64,000 bases of DNA, taken from Octopus sinensis. Lineage: Eukaryota. A model generated the notes under the pieces. It had not been told where the DNA came from. It did no database searches and was given only the letters and a program-made list of their open reading frames with translations. Location of the stretch: NCBI RefSeq assembly GCF_006345805.1, contig NC_043001.1:6448001-6512000 (forward strand). Direction: 5' to 3'. Each line of letters begins with the position of its first letter. Position 1 is the first letter of the stretch. The position numbers were made by a program, and so were the translations under genes. Positions 23,601 to 34,775 of the stretch are shown here, piece by piece.

Positions 23601-26600
23601 AGCAACGATGTCGTGTCGATGGGTGTGAGATTGACCCGGGAGGAGTTCGCGAGTGATTTCGTCGCAGCTGGGATTGCACGTGTAGGTGATAAAGAGGTCC
23701 GGCGGCCGTAAATGCGCACGTAGGTCAAGGCGTCTTGGGTCCTTTCACGCATATATCGCGGTCCTCCCGTGAAGGTGGAGGGTAGAATGCATGGCTTGCC
23801 GATGTTGCGAGGGTCATTTTCTTGTTGCAAACCGTCACGGAGATGAATGTAGGAGTCGGAGCGAAGTTTGGTCTGATTAAGTTTAATGTATAGCAGCCTT
23901 TCCGATTCCATTTTTGCGGCCATATCGACGGCGCGAAAGGTGGTTGAATAGCTGACGACACGGGGCAATAAGTTGAACTCACCCTCCCTGACCATGAACC
24001 GGTATGAGTAGAACGCCCTGCAGGAAACCGTCTTTGATGCCGCAGTAGTTTGATTGGAGGGCTGCCGTAAAGGAATTCCGAAGTGGTAGCCGTCTTCCCC
24101 ATAAGGAAAAGCAATGGATAGTGAAGCGCGTCATAAGATCTGTGAGTCTCGCTGATCCTGTGTAGGTTGTTACCACGGGAGGAGATGATATGTCACGGCT
24201 GTTGTGTTGCTCTCCGTGTATAACTGCGGCAATTTCGTTGCACGCAGGTGCGTTGAAACGGCGTTCGTGCTCCCGTGGGGTCGTTTATCAGCATCAATGA
24301 CAACGGTGAAAGTTTGGAGATGGAGCACTGTCCAAGCATATTGAAGCTGCAGACGTAGCTGTTGATATCATGAAGCATGGTTTGGAGACGGAGAAGAATG
24401 TCTTTGCGGGGAACATAGCTTGTACCCGGTATTATTCCAAGGCGTGCATCAACCTGGTGGTTGTAGTCGGCAATGAAGTATATTGGAGGAAAGAAGACTG
24501 CTGAATCTCGTCTGGCAGAAGTGACCAATAAGATGGTAGACCTGTCCCTGTACTTTGAAAGTAGGCATCCAGCCTTCTCTGGAGGAATTTTGGCCCCAAA
24601 AGAGGTCATTTGGAATGAGCAGTTGTACTTTCGAATTATTTCAAGAATTGTGACGAATCGGGGTTAAACCCGCCGCGAGATCCTTCAGTGGTTGAGGGTG
24701 GTTCCCGTAGGGGTGGCAGGTCCACTTTGCCACCAGAGCAGCACAACAAACCAGGTGGCTCTCCGGGCCATTCTTGGCTTTGCAAAACTGGCATACAATT
24801 GTCATTGACCCTATCTTGATGTCGTCACGCAAGGAGAAGTTAATTGTGGCGTCGTAGTTGAATGCTAGTGACAACCAGAAAGCGGGGGCAGGGGTATGTA
24901 CACACGAATGATATCCCGACGTTTTGTTGATACTCTCAAGTCGAGTGCACCGTGCCTCAGCAGATTCAGATGCACGTGCGACAGCGGTAGCAGTGGCATC
25001 CCTTGAAAGCCTTTCAGCTCTCGCCTCAGCACCCTCTGAAGCCCTAGCAGAAGCAGTGTTAATGGCATGTCTGGATGTCCGAATAGCGTTGGTGTGGAGT
25101 TTCGGCAGATCGAGCCCTGGCTGTGTTGCGGCGTTAGCAGCTTGGCGAGCTCTCCTCTGCTGTGAGGTTTCGACAGATCGTGTCCTGGCAGTGCTAGTGG
25201 CGTTAGCCGCATTCCGAATGCCCTTTGTTCGGGGTTCTCGCGAGCTCTGCGGATGGAAGCACAGTAAGAAGCCCGCATGTTTGGCTGGACTGTTGCTCTT
25301 TCGTCAACCTCGAGCGGAGGGAAGATCTGTACGCTGCGACCCTTGCAAGTCGGGTAGAACGGTCGCTAGTAGTTCTCAGATGCCTGAGCAGCGGCATAAC
25401 GGGAAGCTGTTTGCGAGAGGCGCAAGGCGGTTTCTCGTGGGGTCTCGCGTGCCCTTCTAGCCCTGGCAGCCGATGCCTTGGCCGTCCGAGGGCTGAGGAG
25501 GGTCCTTCTCTTCTTGGGTGGCATTTTGATTTTGGTGGATAGCAATGTGTTGGCAAAGTGTGTGGTAATAAAAAGGAACACGTGGGGTAAGTATTTTGGT
25601 GGATAGCAGTGTTTGGTAAAGGTGTAATAAAAAGGAGCTCGTGGGTAAGTATCCGAAAACGTATAAAAATGTACAAAAACGGCCAAAAAGCTGGCAGCAA
25701 TGTGAGTGACAACAACGAAAAAGTCAAAAGTGATCAAACTGAACAAACGAAAGGAAAAGTTTTGATGCACACGACAAAAGTGGTTATAATAAACCAAGAG
25801 TTTGCAAGTAGCGTCCGAGGACCGTTAGGGTACGTCAAAAATTGAAGGTAAAACGTTTGGGGTGGTAGTTATAAAGAAAGTTTAAACCAAAAAGTATTCG
25901 AATAACTTGCGGCGCAGCAGCTATTAGCAGAAAAGTGGGTGTGTGGGGTAAAGTCTCGAATGTAATTTCTTCCTGGTAGGAATTGGTTGGATCGAATTAT
26001 CGATAGCTAAAAGGTCAAGTTGCGTCCCCTAGACAGTCTGGTTTGTGTTTAATACACAAATTTGTTTGCTATGTGTGCCACATATGATTAAATTAACCGA
26101 TTTTTTCCAATAATGTATCCTATTGGAATAAAACGAGCTATATAGCTCCTTGGAGCAGACATGATGCTCGTTGTGAAAAAAAAAAGATTCCTGCCAATTT
26201 GTTGAAAGATATTGTCGAAAATATGTCATCTGAATTTGAACGCGATTTCCCAAAATGGCATGATTTTATCGATTGTTTCTGATGGTAAGGTATTGCATGG
26301 AAAACTAACGTCAGAATTGAGTTTCTTAGGGTAACATTAAGCTTCACCATGAGTTGGTGAAAATCGATTGCAAGTTGTGAAAAAAATACCATAGATAATG
26401 CGTTGCATAAAAAAAGTTAGATTCTCGAGTTGCGTCCCTAGACAGTCTGTGTTCATGTTTATGATTCTCGACCCCATGTCGATTTATCAATTTTTTCAGA
26501 ACTGGGGAACTTTTTCAAAATTTTCGCTGCGTTAGTTTGAATTATGACATGGGCTATGTGTGTGTCAAGTTTCATCAGAATCGGTTGAAAGCCGTGGTCA

Positions 26601-26668
26601 GGGTGAGGGTACGAGAAAACAGACACACAGAAGCACGCACAGACAAAACTGCCGTTTATATATAGAGA
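20619..26668 (-). mobile_element. Full-length Helitron (about 6.05 kb)
   Basis: 5' end A|TCTCTATATATAAACGGCAG at 26668. 3' hairpin CCCGG-gcaacg-CCGGG (20631-20646) followed by CTAG|T (20619-20622). Inserted between A and T within (TA)n. Encodes Rep and helicase motifs. Confidence 0.95.
20740..25524 (-). pseudogene. Helitron Rep/PIF1-like helicase ORF, broken by many 1-bp frameshifts
   Basis: Start MPPKKRR (25524); zinc motif IGSMTIVCQFCKA; ILPSTFTGGPRYM; HUH motif [15 protein letters not shown]; [10 protein letters not shown]; Walker A LDAPGGTGK (about 22000); GGRTAHSAFRLPL; IVWDECTM; NKSQGQTL; HGQLYVGCSRV. Confidence 0.93.
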
Positions 26669-26851
26669 TATATATATATGTATATATATAATATACGCAT
26701 ACATACAGTTATTATCACTAGACCGTTACTCAGAGTTTCACATTCAAGTATGTTGGCATGTTATTTATTGTTATTTATTCGAGTACTACATTTTTCAACT
26801 GTGTGAGTGGATGTGTGTGTGTGTGTGGATGTGTGTATATACGTATACATG

Positions 26852-26904
<53 letters not shown>

Positions 26905-27243
26905 GATGGCACTCCGCCGGTTACAACGACGAGGTTTCCAGTTGATCCGAGCAACAGAACAGCCTGCTCTTGAAATTAACGTGCAACGGCTGAGCACTAC
27001 ACAGACAAGTGTACTCTCAACAGGGCTGGTCTATTGAAATACAGGTAGAACAGAACGAGGAAGAAAGAGTGAGAGAAAGTTGTGGCGAAAGAATGCAGCA
27101 GGGTCCGCCATCAGCCCCTGCCGGTGTCACGTGGAGCTTTATTTTTTTTCGCTCAATAAACGCATAAACACTCACAACGTCTAGTCTGGAAATCAAAACC
27201 GCAATCCTACGACCTCGAGTCCGCTGCCATAACCAGTGGGCCA
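26905..27243 (-). mobile_element. A third tRNA-derived SINE family
   Basis: Minus strand: atggcccactggttatggcagcggactcgaggtcgtaggattgcggttttgatttccagac (A/B-box-like), then an unrelated body ending ...ccggcggagtgcca before (TA)n. Confidence 0.65.
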
Positions 27244-27759
27244 TATATATATGTATTCATACATACATACATACACACACACGCGCGCGTGTATATGCAT
27301 ACAGTAATGCTCACTTCAATGTGATATTGACACCGAGAAATGGGAGAGAAATTTCCTAGATAAAGAACGCGCGAGGTCCATTATTAAAGACGGAATAACA
27401 TCTTTTGAGTCCAGGGGTGCTGAAGAGTATAAAGAAAAGAACGGACAGACAAAATCCAAGAAGGCACTTTCCATTGTGAACAGCTGTTCCAATTGTGGAC
27501 GGAATTTCCAAGCAAGAACATTTGACCCATCGGTCACCTCAGGATTCATCAATATGTATAAAGACAAAGGGTATCATCATCCATCTCGTGGGATATCAAA
27601 CCTAGGTACCAACATTGATGTGTCCATATGATAGGCTTGAGAATTGTTCCACATCTTACTTAACATGAAACCAATAGTAGTCTTAATACACAAATAAAGA
27701 ATCTTTATTCGCCAATGTGGTGTTGACCACTCATTCTCATCGAAATACACACACACACA

Positions 27760-27806
<47 letters not shown>

Positions 27807-27844
27807 AACACACACACATATCAAACACTAGCGTATGTGTGTGT

Positions 27845-28280
27845 AACTTTGCGTTTATTTTTCTCTCACCTCCGTTTGACCACCAGTGTTGCTTTGTTTA
27901 TGTCCCAGTGCATTAGGGTTTCGGCAAACGAGACCGACTGTATGAGTACCGGTCTTTAAAATATCAAAGTACTGGAGCGATTCCTTCAACAAAAATTATT
28001 CAAAGCGGTGTCCAAGTATGACTGCACTCTAATAGCTGAAAGAATTAACAGATAAAAGATAAAATATTTTAGGAGTTTTCTGCATGTGATCTAAATAATA
28101 TTTATAGTTTCTAAACAAGGCACAGGAGCGGCCCTGTGGTAAGAAGCTTGCTTCCCAACCACATGGACCTAGGTTCAGTTCCACTGCGTGTCAACTTGTG
28201 CAAGTGTCTTCCACTATAGCCTCGGTCGACCAAAATATTTGTGAATGTGTTTAGCAGACGGAAACAGAAAGACGCTCGTC

Positions 28281-28333
<53 letters not shown>

Positions 28334-28645
28334 TATAATACATGTGTTGGTTCTGTGTACGTGTGTTTCTGTGTGTGTGTGTGTGTGTGTGGGTGTGTGT
28401 GTGTGTGTGTGGTGAGTGTGTGTTTTATGTGACTGCGTTTGTCCCCTCACCATCACTTCACAAACGACGTCGGTGTGATTACGTCCCCGTAACCTGGCGG
28501 TTCGGCAAAAAGGCCCGATGAAATAAGTACTAGACTTACAAAGAATAAATCCTGGAGTCGATTTCGTCAACTAAACGAGGTGCTCCAGCATGGCCGCACT
28601 CAAATGCCTGAAGCAAGTAGAAGAATACCGGAATAAAAGAATAAT
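27845..28645 (+). mobile_element. S1 tail fragment (27845-28065) followed by a full S1 SINE (28118-28645)
   Basis: ttcggcaaacgagaccgac...gcggtgtccaagtatgactgc; then aggcacaggagcggccctgtggtaagaag...gaggtgctccagcatggccgc. Confidence 0.85.
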
Positions 28646-29580
28646 CGAACACGTACTTACTGTGTTGTCCATTTATGCTTAATTCCCTTCGTTTTTCATA
28701 TTTCAAATTAGAAGATCATGTTGAGAATAGTTAGGAGTAACGTGTGCAAAAGTGATGCGTTAATAACGAAACATCCAAACGTTATTACAATTGGGACAGC
28801 TAACAGATACACGCAATTAAATGTGAGAGTTAACATGAAGTTGTCTACTGATGTTAGGATATTTCTCTGAGTTAGGTATAGGCAAAGCTGCCAAATGTCA
28901 AACCAAATTAGAAGTTTGCGTACAGGTTTACGAAGTTTGATCTTCATAACTAATCGCTGTCTGCCGAATAGAGATAGCAAAGTTTATGCAAAGCAGTACA
29001 TTGTATGAATACATATACATGTGTGTGTAAGTGTGTGAGTGAGTGAGAGTGTGTGTATGTGTGAGTATGTATGCGAATGTGTGTGTGTTTGTGTGTGTCG
29101 AAAAGACTATCGGAAGCTGGTTTACACCGCTTGTCACAATGCGCTTCCAATTCTTTCTTGACTACGTCATTCGTCGTCCTTTTTACCTGTTGAATGAAAT
29201 TGATCGACTAACTCGTATTCCCATCATCATGGAGGCCTTCCAAGAAACATTTTTCTGATCACCTGAATGCCATCGGGCAATTGCACGATGTCTGCCCGTA
29301 GTCTGCGAATATTGTGACACGTCCGGCCCAGATAAACTTGTGCTTTCCATATTCTCGCAACCAAATCTTTCACTTAGCTCCATTCGAGAAACGACTGCAT
29401 ATCGAACATGCCCTCGTATTGAAAGCGGGATAGCATCAATCCGTTACAATGCAATGGGCTACAGGAAGATCCATGCTACAACAAAAAAATAAACACACAA
29501 ACATACACACAAACCTACACACATCCACATGCAGATAGAAGATAGATAAACAAATAGATAGGTACATACGTATATACATT

Positions 29581-29644
<64 letters not shown>

Positions 29645-29653
29645 GTGTGTGAA

Positions 29654-29820
29654 TAATATATGACAATTAGTTGGTTGTCATAATAAAACTCAGACTTTCG
29701 GATACCGGGGTTGAAGTCTAATCTGCCATCTCATCAGTTATGAAGACAAAAAAAAAAAAACGAAACCTGTATCTGAAACTGAGTTTTATTACGACAACCA
29801 ACTAAATGTCACATATATTT
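29654..29820. mobile_element. Fold-back element (family H5) with a degenerate hammerhead on the minus strand (29682-29741)
   Basis: Arms 29654-29709 and 29766-29820 are inverted. The minus strand reads ataa-CTGATGA-GATG...TATC-C-GAAAG tctga GTT-ttat. Confidence 0.55.
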
Positions 29821-29895
29821 ATAGATAAATTCCTCTATTTTACATAATATCGAGGTCTCATTCAATCTCTTGTTGTCATATTATTATCATTAACG

Positions 29896-29974
<79 letters not shown>

Positions 29975-29975
<1 letters not shown>

Positions 29976-30200
29976 GGAGTAAACACATAAATGTGAAACA
30001 AGGTGGAAAAAAGAGTACTCAAATACCAGTGGTAGAGTAACATGCTTTATTTAAAGCAGCAGAAAATTCAACAAAACCTGTTACTCTGAGTTTCCCGTTG
30101 CCGTTCATCGGACAGTTTTTTCTAGCAAAAACTGTCCGATGAACGGCAACGGGAAACTCAGAGTAACAGGTTTGCTGAATTTCTGCTGCTTTAAATAAAG
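29975..30200. mobile_element. Fold-back element (family H2): 75-bp inverted arms, each encoding a hammerhead-like motif on opposite strands
   Basis: Arms 30046-30120 and 30127-30200 around tctagc. Plus-strand motif ctgt-CCGATGA(30136)-ACG GCAA CGG-GAAAC tcaga GTA-acag. Flanked by (TA)n on both sides. Confidence 0.8.
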
Positions 30201-30209
30201 TATATATAT

Positions 30210-30251
<42 letters not shown>

Positions 30252-30466
30252 AAATGGAGTTTAACGCAAATGTAATCAAATATTTTTACTTTCGACACAT
30301 GTTTCGAAAATTCACTGATACTATTCAAAAGAATAAATGGTATAAACAATGCAATCTTCTCCTCAGGAAAGTGAAAAAAACCAAACTCGTCAATAAGTCA
30401 TTTTAGCAAAAAATGATGGATTTGTATAGCGATTGACAGAACGCTAGTAATATTGTTTAAAAAAAC

Positions 30467-30508
<42 letters not shown>

Positions 30509-30793
30509 GATTGCTTGTTGCCAATATAATGTGGCAGTCCCAGGAAAAGGAGCAAAGTTAGTGCTCCAAAGAACATCGATTCTACCTGGCTATTTGACAT
30601 GAAATTTCTGTGTCCTTATATATATATATTTTTCATAGTACGTATATATGTATATGTATGTATGTTTATGTCGGTATGTATGCATGCATGTATGTATCAT
30701 TTCATGTGTTGTTAGTATTGAAAGAAACGGTGAAGAGATTAGTTTCACTCATCACTCATCCACTTTGTCGCATTCGTAGTATTTATTGATAGT

Positions 30794-31127
30794 TAAGCAG
30801 CGAGCTGGCAGGCCGCGAGAAATGCTTTGGGGCATTTCATCTCAATTCTATATTTAAGAGATGCGGAATTATGTACATTATTTACATTTGACGGATATTT
30901 GCCCTCGTCTTGTTTGTTTTTAACACAATGTATCGGCTGATACACCCTTTCAGGCTTCATCAGATATCTTGGGGAAATTTCGAACCTGGGTTCTCATTCC
31001 TAAGGTATTTTATGATGTTATCATTAGTAATATTATTATTAAGGTCGCTGCCTGGAATCGAATTCGGAATTTTGGGGTCAGTAGCCCGCGCTCTTAATCA
31101 CTACGCCATATGCCCGTGGACATACGG

Positions 31128-31184
<57 letters not shown>

Positions 31185-31188
31185 ATAC

Positions 31189-31224
<36 letters not shown>

Positions 31225-31520
31225 CAACAACATCGAAATATACCTTTTAATGAGAACCCAGGTTTGAAATTTCCCCAAGACACCTGAAGAAGGCTGGAGG
31301 ATATATCAGCCGAAACATTGTGTTAACAACAAACAAGATGAAGACAAATATCCGTCAATTGTAAATAATGTAAATAAGGTATTTCATCTGTCTTTATGTT
31401 CTGAGTTCAAATTCCCTTGATGTTGACTTTGCCTTTCATCCTTTCGGGTCCGATAAATTAAGTACCATTTGCCAGATGTAATCCACTGACCCCCCTTCTC
31501 CCAAAATTTCGGGCCTTGCA
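30794..31520 (+). mobile_element. S2 SINE interrupted by an H1 fold-back insertion
   Basis: The head aagcagcgagctggcag ends at 30842; the element resumes at 31378 with ggtatttcatctgtctttatgttctgagttcaaattcc. Confidence 0.8.
30843..31377. mobile_element. Family H1 copy B: head-to-head palindromic insertion with 12-bp TSD
   Basis: Complete minus copy 30843-31115 with tRNA-like head; central hairpin 31105-31128; microsatellite; plus copy 31231-31377 with motif at 31279-31324. TSD ggcatttcatct (30831-30842) / ggtatttcatct (31378-31389). Confidence 0.85.
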
Positions 31521-32089
31521 CCTAGAATATAAATAAATATGTATTGTTAGCATTTTCATACGAATCAGCTTCGTGTTAGCTAAAAAGGATCTTTGTGATT
31601 ACCATCACTACCTACAATATTGACCCCCCATCGCTCTCAAATTTAGTATATGGCTTAAGTTCTATATACTAATTATGAAAAAGAAAATCATTTTCCCTGT
31701 AAATTCATAATTAAAAAAGTTATTTGCCTTTAAAATTAGCAAAATTTTGGTATTTTAGCCAATTTTGGTATTTACGCATCACCGTGGACCTCTGCTAGTA
31801 GGCAAAGAAGCACCACGTGTTCCATAGCTGATTGCGAAGAACTCTGCACAAAAGGAGTGTAAACAGGGACCGCATACGACACTCAGTTCTTCCAGAAATC
31901 CCTATCTTCATTGACCTGTAGCGAGCTTATAATCATATCGCAGAAATCATGGGTTATGATTTCAGACATTAAACTGTGAACCATAGCATTGAATTACTAA
32001 ACCCAAAAGATGGGACTCACACCTGAGAATAATTAAAACGTGGAAACGAACCACGGTGTGAGATACACCGTTCCATGGTTCTCTCTTAT

Positions 32090-32530
32090 CTGTGGAGAAG
32101 GAGATATGAAAAAAATAATATATTTTATAAAATCCTAGAGTGTATTGCAAACTGCTTTCTTGAATTTTTAAAACTAATAAATGTCTGATTTAAGCAATGT
32201 TTTGACTGTTGTTTCTAGTAACCCCGGTTGGTTTGCTCGTAGCCTTTAACTATTTAATTTGCTCGCAAATCTGTTGATGTTTTGCATTGTTTACTGTAGC
32301 TGGTTTAATCTTTTGACATGCGGGTGTTCCCCTCATCCCACCCGCTCCCGCTTTCTCGCTCCAGTGACAGATGATGGAAGGAGCGGGAAGGCGCTGTTTT
32401 CCGATTGGTTAAAAGTTCTGAGAATTATCAAACTTTGAAAAACCTGTAACATTTTCACAAAACTTTCTAGAATAAATGAATAACAATTTCGGATTCAGCG
32501 TCAAATGTTACATCTCTATGAGACATAAAA
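32090..32530. repeat. Unclassified non-autonomous DNA-element-like repeat; related copy inverted at about 42015-42250
   Basis: Shared blocks ggagatatga...ataaaatcctag, ttttccgattggtt and ataaatgaataacaatttcggattcagcgtca. Confidence 0.6.
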
Positions 32531-33761
32531 ACAATTTTTTTTACAGTTTTCGACATGCAGTGGCGATAACCACAAAGATCCGCTTAAAATAGTGATTTGT
32601 CGGACACGTAACCCCAGGCAAAACTAACGAATATCACAAATGTCACATGTATGTAATATGATAAAGTTAATATGGTGACTTTGTTCTCACCGGGAATGTG
32701 ACCAGATAGCGTTATGATGAGAAAAGACTGGTTGTAAACGATGCAATCTCAACAAACAAATATTTACTATTAGCTTCGGTAGTTTTTAGTTTCGTTTCTA
32801 TTTTCGTTTCAGCCATTTGTTTATACTCACAAACTATTCCGGCTGTCAGAGCAGTCAACTTTTGTTCATCATATATACTTCCATGACTTAAAGCTCAATT
32901 TGGACAGCTGTCTTAAATCAGGTTTAATTTCTGTTAACTCCTTTCCATCCGTCCATCTTTTCTCCTTTCTTGCTTTCCTTCCTTCCTTCCAGCCCTTCCT
33001 TATTTCTTTCAATTTATTGTATTTGACAATGCATGACGTTCTCTGCACGTCCTAATTATATCTCTAATTGTGGTTTAAATTTTATTGCTATTTTCTAATT
33101 CAATTTTGGCGTTTTATGCACACAAAACGGTTTCATATTATACACTCGATAAATGAAATAGTCATGTTTTTTTCACCTCTGCTTCTACGCAAAAGGCCAA
33201 GCATATGCTTATTTTATTTCTTACAGTTCCTCTTAATATTATATGAATCCAACACGGAGGCAGCACGGATTTTTGTCAGTGAACAGGTCGCGGTCTCAAA
33301 GCGACGAAAATATTTTGACAAATTAAACTTAAATGTTGAAGTGAATCGAACGGTTTTTGTGTGTTTCTTAAATGGCTTACAAACACCTTCCACGCTGCAA
33401 TTGTTTTCGTTTCAGCACACGAACTCAGATTAAATCACTTGCTATGCGAGTACATCTCTGTAATTATATGAATCATTTTTGTTCTACTGTTGTTTCGTGC
33501 AGAATATTAATACACCACCGAATCATAAGTATCGACCCTAATAACATCACCAAGTAAATATTTTACAACAGGGAGAATGAGCCACAAAATACAAGAGAAA
33601 TATAGTCGTTGATACACATATACATATGAGCAAACATACACACATACCCACAAAGGCGTGGGTGCGCCGTAGCAGGGACAGACTGTACACATATGCAAAC
33701 AGAAGTGCTTACATGACTACTTCTCTTTACGTGTGATGATTAATTAATAAAGTATCTATTT

Positions 33762-33935
33762 CAGTTCTATATTTAAGAGATGAGGAATTATGTACATTGT
33801 TTACATTTGACGGTTATTTGTCCTCATCTTTTTTGTTTTTAACACAACGTTTCGGCTGATATACCCTCCAGACTTCATCAGGTATCTTGGCGGAAATTTC
33901 GAACCTGGGTTCTCATTCCTAAGATATTTTTCGTA
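33762..33935 (-). mobile_element. Family H1 copy C; best-preserved H1 hammerhead core (33841-33886)
   Basis: The minus strand reads gatac-CTGATGA-A-GTCTG gagggtatat CAGCC-GAAACGTT-GTGTT, followed by the H1 tail. Confidence 0.85.
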
Positions 33936-34589
33936 ATGTTAACCTCTATACAAGACTTATAAAGCGCATTCAAAAATTTTCGTTCTGTCATGGTGGGGAG
34001 CCAGCCGAATCGTTACGCCGCCGTATAAAATGCTTAGCGACATTTCTTCACACTTTAGATTCGCAATTCAAATGTCCCCGGGATCTATTATGTTTTTCAT
34101 CCTTTCAGAGTCGATAAAATACGTACCAGCGGAACCACGGGATCGATGTAATTGACATCTCTACTCCCCAGTAATATGAAACCAAATTACGATTCCATTG
34201 CATTGTAGTCGATCTTATTATAACGTATCATGAAATAATATTCCAGCAGTATTTATAAGCCAACGAGTTAATCTCATGAGAATTTGTAACTTTTGTATTG
34301 CCCAACAACAAGTGATAGGATCTCTTCATGATTATCTCCCTTTGCACAACAACTACTGCACAACAACAACAAAAAGAAAAAAACTACATTACTGCTACTA
34401 ACTGACATAATCCGTGTTTACGCATTACATTCTCGTCAAAATCATTGAAGAAGCGTTACTTGTGACTAGAGATTTCCTTCTTTCTTTCTTTCCTTCCTTC
34501 TTTCTTTCTTTCAATTTCCCTCTTAATTTCTCTTTTCCTCCTCTCTTTTCCTCGCCTCTGTGGGCATCTCATAAGATAGTTATCTGTTT

Positions 34590-34775
34590 CTGTACTACCC
34601 ACATGGGGCTAAACACAGAGAGGACAAACAAGGACAGACAAACGGATTAAGGCGTAACTGGTACTTAATTTATCGACCCCGAAAAGATGAAAGGCAAAGT
34701 CAACCTCGGCGGAATTTGAACTCAGAACGTAGCACTTCGCCCGGCGTGCTAACGTCTCTGCCAGCTTGCCGCCTT
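34590..34775 (-). mobile_element. S2 SINE (a degenerate plus-strand copy also lies at about 34000-34165)
   Basis: ggggctaaacacagagaggacaaacaaggacagac...ggcggaatttgaactcagaac...gccagcttgccgcc. Confidence 0.8.

Noticed and set aside
26564-26582. CTGATGA on the minus strand in the Helitron 5' region
   Set aside because: It is part of a common Helitron subterminal motif (ccgattctgatgaaacttg), with no stem II or GAAA.
28708-29470. Hydrophobic 90-aa ORF and an adjacent GC-richer block with faint mariner-like similarity
   Set aside because: No continuous frame or convincing motif.
31040-31115. H1 head, and the other SINE heads, as genuine tRNA genes
   Set aside because: They lack a complete acceptor stem and cloverleaf, and each is fused to a repeat body.
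31560-31800. Possible non-autonomous Helitron 3' end (...gacctctgCTAGT at 31795-31799)
   Set aside because: The hairpin is unconvincing and I could not find a 5' TC terminus.
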